Virus record (IMG/VR): IMGVR_UViG_3300035698_013592
Origin: an uncultured virus (IMG/VR IMGVR_UViG_3300035698_013592)
Taxonomy: Duplodnaviria; Heunggongvirae; Uroviricota; Caudoviricetes
Reading direction: 5' to 3' (one strand)
Length of the DNA: 64,000 nucleotides
Below are positions 40,277 through 48,498 of this stretch, in pieces (the stretch's first letter is position 1; each line of letters begins with the position of its first letter). The position numbers were made by a program, and so were the translations under genes. The notes under the pieces are model-generated. The model saw only the letters and a program-made list of their open reading frames with translations, did no database searches and was not told the DNA's origin.

Positions 40277-41704
40277 TTGTCCGATTACTCGACGCGTACA
40301 AAGAAGCTCAGCCGTATGCAGATCTCGGCGATTGCGATCGTTGCGCTGGGTATCGTCATTGTTGGCGCCTTGGCGAAGACGTCGGTCCATATCAACTACG
40401 ACCAGAACTACCAGGTCTACCAGACCCCCGGTGGTACGGTTGACATCCGTGACCAGCCGGGTTGGTACTTCCAGTTCGCCGCGACGAAATGGACTTACCC
40501 TCGTGCCATCCAGAGGTTCTGGTCGGCCGCGAAGGATGAAGGCGGCGTCAAGGATGAATCGATCCGTGTTACCTACAACGACGGCGGAACCGCGCAGGTC
40601 AGTACGATGATTCAATATCAGACACCCATTACGAAGGAAGCGCGCCTGGACGCCCACCGCACGTTCGCTGGTAACCCCGAGAACATGACTATGGCCATTC
40701 GTTCGCACCTTATCAACTGCATCAAGAGCACAGGCCCTCTGATGAGCGCCTCGGAGAACCAGAGCGCCAGGAAGGCTGAGTTCACGCAGATCATCAGAGA
40801 CCAGCTTGAGAAGGGTCTGTACGCGATGAAGCGTATCCAGATCCCAAGCCCAGACCGCAAGGACGCCGACGGTAATCCGCAGATGATTTCCGCTACCCAG
40901 CCGGTTTTGGACAAGGAAGGTGTACCGGTCATTACACAGACTAGCCCGCTGGCCAAGTACGACGTGCAGATCCTGCAGTTCTCCATCACCAACATCGACT
41001 ACGACCCGGAGACTCTACGCCAATTCGCCGCCAAGAAAAAGTCGTACCTCGCCGCCGAGCAGTCCAAGGCTGTGCAGGAGCAGGAGAACCAAAAGAAACT
41101 GGAGATCCAGGCTCAGTACGCCCGCGAGATTGCGGAGTCGACAGGCAAGGCTGAGATGATCAAGGCCCAGGCCGTCATCAAGGCCCAGCAGGAAAAGGAA
41201 TTGGCTGAGATTGATGCTGAGCAGAAGGTTGCAGTTGAGACGCTTGCCGCCCAGGAAGCTGAGGTCAAGGCCAACAAAGAGAAGAAGATGGCTGAGATCG
41301 CCGCCGAGCAGAAGGTTGCGGTAGCTGTCCTTACGAAGACGGAAGCTGAGACGAAGGCCACGCAGGAGCTGGAAGTTGCGAAGCTCCACGCTCAGGCAGC
41401 CATCGAGGACGCCAAGGCTGTGCGCGAGTTGGCCGCAGCGGAGGAGGAACGTATCCAGAAGGCTGGCGCTATGACGGAGAAGGAACGCGTCGCCCTTGAG
41501 ATCGACTCCAAACGCCAGATCGGTATCGCTCATGCGGTTAGTCAAGGTATCTCTCGTTGGACTTTGCCCGGCACCCTCATCGTGGGCGGCGGAGGTAACA
41601 GCGACGACGCGAAGGGTGGCAACATCCAAGCGTTGCTGAAGATGTGGCTTCTGAAGCAGATCGGAGCCACCAAGCAGGTGATCAACCCGCTGGCTAGACG
41701 ATGA
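40277..41704 (+). CDS. SPFH/band 7 (flotillin-like) membrane protein
   Basis: N-terminal TM helix, QPGWYF, ITNIDYD, Ala/Glu/Lys-rich coiled coil. Confidence 0.8.
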   Translation: MSDYSTRTKKLSRMQISAIAIVALGIVIVGALAKTSVHINYDQNYQVYQTPGGTVDIRDQPGWYFQFAATKWTYPRAIQRFWSAAKDEGGVKDESIRVTYNDGGTAQVSTMIQYQTPITKEARLDAHRTFAGNPENMTMAIRSHLINCIKSTGPLMSASENQSARKAEFTQIIRDQLEKGLYAMKRIQIPSPDRKDADGNPQMISATQPVLDKEGVPVITQTSPLAKYDVQILQFSITNIDYDPETLRQFAAKKKSYLAAEQSKAVQEQENQKKLEIQAQYAREIAESTGKAEMIKAQAVIKAQQEKELAEIDAEQKVAVETLAAQEAEVKANKEKKMAEIAAEQKVAVAVLTKTEAETKATQELEVAKLHAQAAIEDAKAVRELAAAEEERIQKAGAMTEKERVALEIDSKRQIGIAHAVSQGISRWTLPGTLIVGGGGNSDDAKGGNIQALLKMWLLKQIGATKQVINPLARR

Positions 41705-41991
41705 GTGAGCCTATTCAGGCCGTTCAACAGATCACTGTGGACATGACACCATGGATCGGCGTGCTCAGCTCCATCATCGGGTGGATCTGCTTCATTGTCG
41801 TCCTCGGCATGATCCGCAACTTCATCATCCACGGCTTCTCCATGGCTCTCGCGGGGTTCCTCGTACACAGGAGCACCGACGACGGTACACGGGAGAAGCT
41901 GACGAGGTGGTTGGCAAGCGGCGACCTCATTCTCGAGGAGACCCGCAAGCTCGCCAAGCACCTGGAAGCAACGTCGGGTCAAGGAGGTTAA
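41701..41991 (+). CDS. Small membrane protein
   Basis: Hydrophobic helix; coupled to the SPFH gene. Confidence 0.55.
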   Translation: MSEPIQAVQQITVDMTPWIGVLSSIIGWICFIVVLGMIRNFIIHGFSMALAGFLVHRSTDDGTREKLTRWLASGDLILEETRKLAKHLEATSGQGG

Positions 41992-41998
41992 GAGTCCC

Positions 41999-42070
41999 TT
42001 GACAAGCAGCAACTCAGGTGCTAAGATTTGAACTACATGGCGTGTAAGGCCATCGTGATTCTTTGACAAC
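41999..42070 (+). promoter_or_regulatory. sigma70-like promoter plus boxA-like element heading the ncRNA island
   Basis: TTGACA-17nt-TAAGAT (41999-42027); TCTTTGACAAC (42060-42070). Confidence 0.6.
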
Positions 42071-42088
42071 CTGGGATATTGACTACGT

Positions 42089-42171
42089 ACAATTTTCAGG
42101 CGCCTTCAGGTTGGGGGTACTTCCCTTGAAACGAAATAACCCCCCATTCCGACTATCGGCGCCGAATTTGT
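42089..42171 (+). ncRNA. Short Y-RNA-like stem element (no tRNA module)
   Basis: GGCGCC/GGCGCC closing stem with the shared CTTCAGG...GGTACTTC motif. Confidence 0.55.
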
Positions 42172-42179
42172 CGAACCTA

Positions 42180-42379
42180 ACGCGTACGCACTTCAATGTG
42201 GGCATACTTCTATGACATAGCAAACAACAGGTTGTGAGTCTGTAAGCTACCGAGGATAGCAACCATGTCATTTGAGTATCGGTGCCTTGGGTAAGCCTGT
42301 GTCCTGGCGAGCCCTCGACTGTAAGGCCTAAGGATGCACAATGTACAACCTAGGCCCATGTGACCATTGGCGTAAGCGT
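42180..42379 (+). ncRNA. Y-RNA-like stem carrying a large non-tRNA insert
   Basis: ACGCGTACGC/GCGTAAGCGT and ATGTGGGC/GCCCATGT stems; CTTCA..ATACTTC and GACCATTG motifs. Confidence 0.55.
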
Positions 42380-42554
42380 GATGTCAGTTCAGGATAGCTG
42401 CGAGGATCACTACGGCAGGAGAAGTCGTAAGGCAGCTTCACGTTCCTTCACGTGGTGTTGTTCCTCAATGTTGTTCTGTGCTGCGGTTCTTTTGTGGTGG
42501 CGGGCTACTCATCAGAGTAGTCCGCCACCTATCACTACCGACTACTCTCTACAC

Positions 42555-42920
42555 GGGGGTGAAAGGTATCGACTGGACGTGGCAAATGTAGATTGCGTGT
42601 CGGAGTTGGTCAGATGGCTCCGTTATCAAACTGACCTCACTAAACTAAGTGACGAAGTTCCCATGCTTGCCGCTGCATAGCGGCCCCGACCCAGGCGAGA
42701 TAGCCTTGGTAGCTTGACGTTGGGACCACACAAAGGTTGACGGTCGGAAAGACAACTGACACCTGGAAAGACAGGCACGGAATGGTTACTTCGTGTACCA
42801 CAGAAACTGAGGCTTGCTCGGAATGGGCCTCGCCGTTTTGGCAAATCATCTGAGATACACACGTAGACGTCTGCGTAGAAGCGTTACAGGAACGGAGTTC
42901 GATTCTCCGCACCTCCACCA
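42555..42920 (+). ncRNA. ssrA: tmRNA
   Basis: GGGGGTG/CACCTCC acceptor with G3-U, T arm CGGAG-TTCGATT-CTCCG, 3' ACCA, tag frame ...DEVPMLAAA*. Confidence 0.92.
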
Positions 42921-42922
42921 AT

Positions 42923-43053
42923 TGAGGGTGTACTTCAGGACAGGGATACTTCCAATAGGTTGTCGGTTCGAATCCGACCCCCGCCCGGTGGGCGGTGCAG
43001 CTCAATTGGTCGAGCACTTGCTACAGTTCCCTATCCGCCCATTGTCACCCTCA
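42923..43053 (+). ncRNA. YrlA-like Y RNA, copy 1 (permuted tRNA module)
   Basis: TGAGGGTG/CACCCTCA stem; order is T arm (GTCGG-TTCGAAT-CCGAC), closed acceptor hairpin, D arm (GCTC-AATTGGTC-GAGC). Confidence 0.75.
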
Positions 43054-43060
43054 TTCTTTT

Positions 43061-43209
43061 TGCTGGCGCCTTCAGTCAAGGGATACTTCCAAATCAGACG
43101 CCCTCGGGCTTCGTCGGTTCGAATCCGACTCACCCTCTTTCGAGAGAGTGGTATCCAAGTGGTTAAAGGAATCTGCCCATAAAAACCCTAGACGTCTATT
43201 GGCGCCGCA
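43061..43209 (+). ncRNA. YrlA-like Y RNA, copy 2 (with variable arm)
   Basis: GGCGCC stems; GCCC-TC-GGGC arm, T arm, UUCG-capped acceptor, D-like TCC-AAGTGGTTAAA-GGA. Confidence 0.7.
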
Positions 43210-43220
43210 CTTATTCAGTT

Positions 43221-43362
43221 TGCTTCAAGCATCTTCAGGACGAGGGTTACTTCCATGTTAAGGACGAGACCTAGGTTCGATCCCTGGCGGGCACACATGT
43301 GCCGGTAGCTCAACTGGACAGAGCGCGTAAAATCTCCCTTTCCATTTATTGGTGCTGAAGCA
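43221..43362 (+). ncRNA. YrlA-like Y RNA, copy 3
   Basis: TGCTTCA/TGAAGCA stem; CTAGG-TTCGATC-CCTGG, GGCACA/TGTGCC, GCTC-AACTGGACA-GAGC. Confidence 0.75.
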
Positions 43363-43375
43363 TTTGTTTCCCAGT

Positions 43376-43519
43376 TTGCCCTAGATATTCTTCAGGATAG
43401 AGTTACATCCCTTCGGAGGGCGAGGTTATGGGTTCGAGTCCCATCACCCGAGTGATCGGGTGTAGCTCAACTGGCAGAGCGCGCTTGTTCACTCTTTCCG
43501 ATTATCGGTATCAGGGCAA
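43376..43519 (+). ncRNA. YrlA-like Y RNA, copy 4
   Basis: TTGCCC/GGGCAA stem; ATGGG-TTCGAGT-CCCAT, CACCCGA-GTGA-TCGGGTG, GCTC-AACTGGCA-GAGC. Confidence 0.75.
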
Positions 43520-43529
43520 TTTTGCATTT

Positions 43530-43755
43530 CAACGCATGATAGTCGTCGATCCTGCACGTGACCAGCGTCGGGCGTTAACCCCAAGTAGGAAGCCCACGAG
43601 GTGTACGAAAGGGTAGTAGCGCGGGCGACGGCCTGTAAGTTTGTGGACCATCAAACACTGTCCGTCTGCATTTATTTGCTTGCGGAGGCCGATCTATCGG
43701 ATCAGGCGGTGTAAATCCGTCAGAAAGGGACCCGGCGCGTCGACTATTATTGTTG
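43530..43755 (+). ncRNA. Unidentified structured RNA
   Basis: Long closing stem ATGATAGTCG/CGACTATTAT; no convincing ORF. Confidence 0.4.
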
Positions 43756-43822
43756 CAAGATTCAGCGCATTTCAGAATCAAGGCAATTTTACATTCAACT
43801 TCAACAGCAAGGACGGAGACCG

Positions 43823-44608
43823 ATGGCAGATGACGCAAAGAAGAAACCTGTACTTCATCAGATCTTGGCGGTGACCCAGGACGCAAAGGGCCGGGCCAAG
43901 CGGCTGATGGAGGAAACAGCGGTAACGTTCGACAAGCGTGCCGAGCATTTTCGCTCGCACGTCCGTACCCTTCAGTCTGCCGACGACGGCGTGGACGACA
44001 AGGAGCTGGACAGATCGGAGATGGTGACCACCGTCTACGCCAAGCTGGCCTATCTGCTCCAGGAGTCATGGGTGGGCATGGTGGATATACTCGCTACGCG
44101 TGACCGCACCAACCAGGAAGCGCGCGGAGATATCACGCTCCCGGACGGCGACGTCATTGAGAACGTTCCGGCGACGACGCTGCTGCAGCTGGAGACGGAC
44201 ATCGCCGAACTCCGCAAGTGTTGCGAGCGTATCCCTACGCTTCGACCCCACGTAGTGTGGGAAGCAGATGCATCGCAAGGCGCCCACATCGTCAAGAACG
44301 GGCATCCCAAGGTCGCCGAGCACAAACACCCTGAGTCGAAGCGACACCGCTTTCAGGAAGTTGCCCCGGCGACGGACAAGCACCCGGCTCAAGTGGAGAA
44401 GTGGACTGAGCCCGTCATCTTGGGCCAGACCATTTTGCAGGAGTGGAGTTCCGAGCTCACGCCTGCCGCGAAGAGTGATCTTCTCGGCGGCATTGACAGT
44501 ATCCTCGACGCTGTTCGTTCAGCCCGACAGGCCGCGAACTGCACCGAGGTTGTCCCCGTAAACATCGGCAAGGCGATCGCGGACGCGATTCTCAGCCCGA
44601 TTGCATAG
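43823..44608 (+). CDS. Hypothetical protein embedded in the RNA island
   Basis: 261-aa ORF, GGAG RBS; LHQILAV, VPATTLLQLE, IPTL, ATDKHPAQV. Confidence 0.7.
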   Translation: MADDAKKKPVLHQILAVTQDAKGRAKRLMEETAVTFDKRAEHFRSHVRTLQSADDGVDDKELDRSEMVTTVYAKLAYLLQESWVGMVDILATRDRTNQEARGDITLPDGDVIENVPATTLLQLETDIAELRKCCERIPTLRPHVVWEADASQGAHIVKNGHPKVAEHKHPESKRHRFQEVAPATDKHPAQVEKWTEPVILGQTILQEWSSELTPAAKSDLLGGIDSILDAVRSARQAANCTEVVPVNIGKAIADAILSPIA

Positions 44609-44935
44609 ATTCAGGATAACCTCAGACTCAGACTCAAGCTCACAGCACGCCGTCGGCTTCAATGAGGAGACGGAGGGTACTATCCTTCTCCGGGCACCAA
44701 AAAGAATGCCCGGATCGTCCAGATAGTTAGGACACCTCTCGGCGTAACGTGTTTCAGTCTTGTCCTTTTACCTGACAAGCTGAAAAACTACCTGTCCCTA
44801 TGAGTACGTTGACGACATGATCCATCCGGATGTTGAGGGTTCGAGTCCCTCCCTCCCCTCCAGAAAATTTGGGGAGGTAGCTCAATTGGCTAGAGCGCTG
44901 GATGATACCTCAAAATAAACTGTGTCGTTGCAACA
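44609..44935 (+). ncRNA. Structured RNA with two circularly permuted tRNA modules, each with encoded CCA
   Basis: TCCGGGC-ACCA...GCCCGGA and CCTCCCC-TCCA...GGGGAGG, each preceded by a T arm and followed by a D arm. Confidence 0.6.
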
Positions 44936-45043
44936 ACACCGGGAAAACAGGTTGACATTCCATGTTGGTAATCCCAGCAGGGTACAAACAATGGGGCCAG
45001 CGGCTCGGATAGTAGTCGCTGGTCCCTTATTTCGAAATCAAAT

Positions 45044-45156
45044 GATGTCATTGGTAACGTTGGGAATAACGCCCCAACGCATGGGACATAGCCTGCCCAG
45101 TTAAAATTAGGCCAGTTAGCCAAGGTACTGACGAGTGTTCAGCGATGACATCACCA
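45044..45156 (+). ncRNA. Cloverleaf-like RNA ending in ACCA
   Basis: 10-bp closing stem GATGTCATTG/CGATGACATC followed by ACCA; internal hairpins. Confidence 0.4.
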
Positions 45157-45159
45157 ATA

Positions 45160-45343
45160 GATGACTGCGGTGTGGAAAGTAGACACACAGCGTAGGTTTT
45201 GGTAGGGAAGCTAGCTATACGTTTAATCCCTACCTCGGCAGCGCCCGATGGTTCGCCCCTAGGGAGTCAGGCCACCCTATTGTGCCGAACGAAACCGACC
45301 TTTCATGTGGCGCTTAGCGGGGATAACGTCCCGCCAGTCATCT
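45160..45343 (+). ncRNA. tRNA-like RNA with ~115-nt insert in place of the anticodon loop
   Basis: GATGACTG/CAGTCATC acceptor, GTGT..ACAC D-like arm, GCGGG/CCCGC T-like arm. Confidence 0.45.
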
Positions 45344-45980
45344 TATTTTGACATAGACGGAATGCTAGTATCAATTCAGTTGAGGCAGTTGGCGGGTAAC
45401 AACGATGATCCCAACAATGTGTTGCTCCACACCCAGGAACTCCCTAGGATAAGTTCTTGGCGCGAGATGGCGCTGAGGTGATCGGTGCACCGCCCGCCAC
45501 TGCTTCTACCTTATGTTCTGCTCGGGGGTGTAGCTCCCTCCTTCCTGCCTTGTAATGAGGCTGGACGTACTCTCCATTGGCTGGCCCGCCGGTGTAAGTA
45601 CGGAATCCAAATAGGCCCCGCTACCGGGCGGGCCTAGTTGTAACTGCCGAAAGGACTATGTGGCATGAACCCTTAGAGGGTTGTAGTCGATGTCCGAGTA
45701 CGTGTATGAACAGCTATGCAGACTTCAGTCTTTTGAGGGCGTTGGTGTATACGCGTTATCACTACGTCGATCGAGAGTCACCGGTACGAGCCTCTCGCGG
45801 CTCGGGGCAGTTCACATTTCACTTTGCCGCCAGGGTCTTCGGTCAGGCCCGCGACAGCGCCATCCCCTCGGCGTTGTTCGGAGGCCCTGGCGACGTATGC
45901 CCCTATCTCAAGATGAGGGAGTCTGCGAAGCCCCCTAACGTTCCGTACGGTGCGTTTGCACATCTGGGGTAGGGGCTTTT

Positions 45981-46059
45981 GAGGTTATTGTTGCTCTTCA
46001 GAGTTCGGATACTTCTATTCACAAGAAACCCCCGTACTCGACCATTGGCAACTAGCCTC
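45981..46059 (+). ncRNA. Short Y-RNA-like stem element (no tRNA module)
   Basis: GAGGTTA/TAGCCTC and GTTGCT/GGCAAC stems; CTTCAG..GGATACTTC and GACCATTG. Confidence 0.55.
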
Positions 46060-46097
46060 TCCATTTGATGTTTCCGTGGAACCTAAAAGGAGACGCG

Positions 46098-46490
46098 ATG
46101 TCCAAACTCAACGAGCTTATAGCTGAGGCTGATGAGCTCACAAAAGCTGCTAGGGAGGCTCGCATTAAGTTGGATAAGCTGAAGACGCTGACATTTTCAA
46201 GAGGTCAGCATGCACTGATTCTGAGCGGCGGCCTGTCTATGACGTTTCAGCTGAGCGGTAAGTCGCTGACGATTGAGATGGTCTTGAAGACCGCCGACTG
46301 GCTACGCTCGCTCGGTTTTACCCTTGAGGAGCAGGGGGAAGAGAAAACGGCAGATGTGACGGATACCAACGATGAGCCACAATTGAAGATCAGTTGTTGT
46401 AGCTGTGGCGCCGTCGTATTCTACAGGAGAACATGGCCGCCCAGTGCAGGACGGATTGATGTTGTACCATGCGGTTGCGCGGGACGCTAG
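46098..46490 (+). CDS. Hypothetical protein
   Basis: AAGGAG RBS; C-terminal Cys cluster. Confidence 0.55.
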   Translation: MSKLNELIAEADELTKAAREARIKLDKLKTLTFSRGQHALILSGGLSMTFQLSGKSLTIEMVLKTADWLRSLGFTLEEQGEEKTADVTDTNDEPQLKISCCSCGAVVFYRRTWPPSAGRIDVVPCGCAGR

Positions 46491-46584
46491 CCGCTGTGGA
46501 TGCTTGTACTCGTGACCGCTTCTTTATTTCGTTGTTGTTTCTTGGCAGCCGTGTGCTGCTCTTAGGAAGAAATGGAGGAAACCG

Positions 46585-48408
46585 ATGGCACAGTCGTTTC
46601 GACGCACACTGCAAGACGGAGCTCGTAAGCGCATTCTTCCTTCTGAGCGCTCGGATGTTACGCTCAATCGGGCGGGCGGGATCACCTTTGACATCTCCGA
46701 CCCAGGGGTTAAGCTTGTCACCATGACGGGTGGCGGCTTCTTCGGTGAGCCCAAATTCTACTCAGGCGACGCTTGTATCCCCACGCGCGGCGCCGGTGGT
46801 AAGCTCGCGAAGCTCGCGGCTCGTCTGGAGATCAACTCCAGCAAGGCTGTGTCTTTCGCTCGGTGTGAAGAACTCAACGACGTAGCACAGGAAGTCATCG
46901 CGACGACCCTGGCTGTCCTCGACAGCGACACACCAGAAGACGCGCTCATCATCGCAGCGTGGCTCCGCAACGACGTCAACATCAGGCTCACCCCGCAAGT
47001 CATCCTCACGCTGGCCTCGCATCACGACAACGGTCAGCCGTTCGTACGCAAGTACGCGCCAAAGATCATGCTTCGGCCGGACGAGGTAAAGACGAACCTC
47101 CTGCTCAACAGGTTCTTCTTCGGCTCGAAGGCGCTGCCCAACAGTATGAACAGGGCAATGGGCGACGCCATGGCTCGCTTCGGTGAGTTTGGGCTTATCA
47201 AGTACGACAGCCCGGCTTTCCCGAGGTGGAAGGATGTGTTGTGCTGGATTAGGCGGCATAACGACTGGCCGCTGCCCGGCGCTCTGGCTCGATACTTCAT
47301 TCGTGGAGACGTCGACCCCGAAGGTACGCCGATCGCGTACGCCCGCAAGCTCCTCGCGCGGAAGGAACGCTTCGACGACGAGGCGAAGGATCTCATTGTG
47401 CGTTCTCGTGCCAACTGGGAAGTTGTGATTTCGCAGTTCGGCGCCAGCGACAAGCGAGAGGCGTGGGCGTTCCTGGTTGATAATGACCTTCTCGGCTATA
47501 TGGCGCTTCTCCGTAACCTTCGTAACATGGCCCAGGCTAAGGTCAGCGACGAGACAGTCGCGAAGGTGTACGAGAAGCTCACGAACCCCGAGGAAGTCGC
47601 TAAGAGCAGGCAGCTGCCGTTCCGCTTCCTTGCCGCCAGCAATGCCCTCTGGGACCGAGGAGTCCGCTTCACCGGTAACAGTACCGAGCAACGTAACTTT
47701 GATTGGAAGCCCTATGCGTCCCAAGCCAGTCTCGGTGACGCCCATAGCCTGCAGTCCTTCATGGACGCCATTGACGAGGCATCAGATCAGTCGGTCTGTA
47801 ACCTCCCCGAACTGCCTGGGCAGACAGCGGTCTGCGTGGATGAAAGCGGGTCGATGAGCCAGCCGATCTCGGCGAAGAGCCAGATGCTGTGCTGCGACGT
47901 GGCTAACATGCTGGCGGGTATTATTGGGCGTGTCTCCAAGAATGCGATTCTGCTACCCTTTGGGGCTATCACCTGCCGTGTTCCGTGTATGAAGCGGGAT
48001 ACCGTCATGTCGATTGCCGAAAGGTGTTCGTCCGCCAACGTAGGTCACGCCACCAACACGCACCTGACGATTCAGTACCTGAGCCAGCATGACATTACTC
48101 CTGACCGGATCGTTATCCTGTCGGATATGCAGGCTTGGACCAACTACCGCTACAGCTGCGGCAACGTGGTGGATGTGGCGAAGCAATATCGTCGTCGCTC
48201 AGCTGCGGCGAGGAACACGTGGATCCACTCGATCCACATCAACGGTTACGGTGACGATTCCTTCAGTCCTGACGACAAGCGGATCAACCTGATGAGTGGT
48301 TGGACCGACAAGGTCGTTACGACGATGCTTCGAGCGGAAGGTAGCGTCGACGAGAAGGCTGTGCCTACTCTTGACCAGATCCGAGCGGACTGGACGATCG
48401 TCGACTAA
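46585..48408 (+). CDS. rsr: Ro60/Rsr TROVE-domain RNA-binding protein
   Basis: NRAGG N-terminus, YMALLRNLRNM, SRQLPFRFL, vWA MIDAS VDESGSM, DRIVILSDMQ. Confidence 0.9.
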   Translation: MAQSFRRTLQDGARKRILPSERSDVTLNRAGGITFDISDPGVKLVTMTGGGFFGEPKFYSGDACIPTRGAGGKLAKLAARLEINSSKAVSFARCEELNDVAQEVIATTLAVLDSDTPEDALIIAAWLRNDVNIRLTPQVILTLASHHDNGQPFVRKYAPKIMLRPDEVKTNLLLNRFFFGSKALPNSMNRAMGDAMARFGEFGLIKYDSPAFPRWKDVLCWIRRHNDWPLPGALARYFIRGDVDPEGTPIAYARKLLARKERFDDEAKDLIVRSRANWEVVISQFGASDKREAWAFLVDNDLLGYMALLRNLRNMAQAKVSDETVAKVYEKLTNPEEVAKSRQLPFRFLAASNALWDRGVRFTGNSTEQRNFDWKPYASQASLGDAHSLQSFMDAIDEASDQSVCNLPELPGQTAVCVDESGSMSQPISAKSQMLCCDVANMLAGIIGRVSKNAILLPFGAITCRVPCMKRDTVMSIAERCSSANVGHATNTHLTIQYLSQHDITPDRIVILSDMQAWTNYRYSCGNVVDVAKQYRRRSAAARNTWIHSIHINGYGDDSFSPDDKRINLMSGWTDKVVTTMLRAEGSVDEKAVPTLDQIRADWTIVD

Positions 48409-48442
48409 CTCTGTAGACACACATCGTAAATGTGTCTGTAAC

Positions 48443-48476
48443 GGGAGTGGGTTCTTCGGAACCTGCTCCCTTTTTT
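48443..48476 (+). terminator. Rho-independent terminator
   Basis: GGGAGTGGGTTC-TTCG-GAACCTGCTCCC-TTTTTT. Confidence 0.8.
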
Positions 48477-48498
48477 AGTTCAACCCTGGAGGTCACTC

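Noticed and set aside
42960..43490. Cluster of ordinary tRNA genes
   Set aside because: The arms are in permuted order (T, closed acceptor, D) with no anticodon loop or 3' CCA; this fits Y RNA.
42360..43616. ORFs 42360..42680, 42814..43182 and others over the RNA island
   Set aside because: They overlap the tmRNA and Y-like RNAs; the end of 42360..42680 is the tmRNA tag frame.
2584..47745. Long minus-strand ORFs (e.g. 2584..3336, 25682..26500, 38525..39466, 46762..47745)
   Set aside because: Antisense shadows of well-supported + strand genes, with no motifs.
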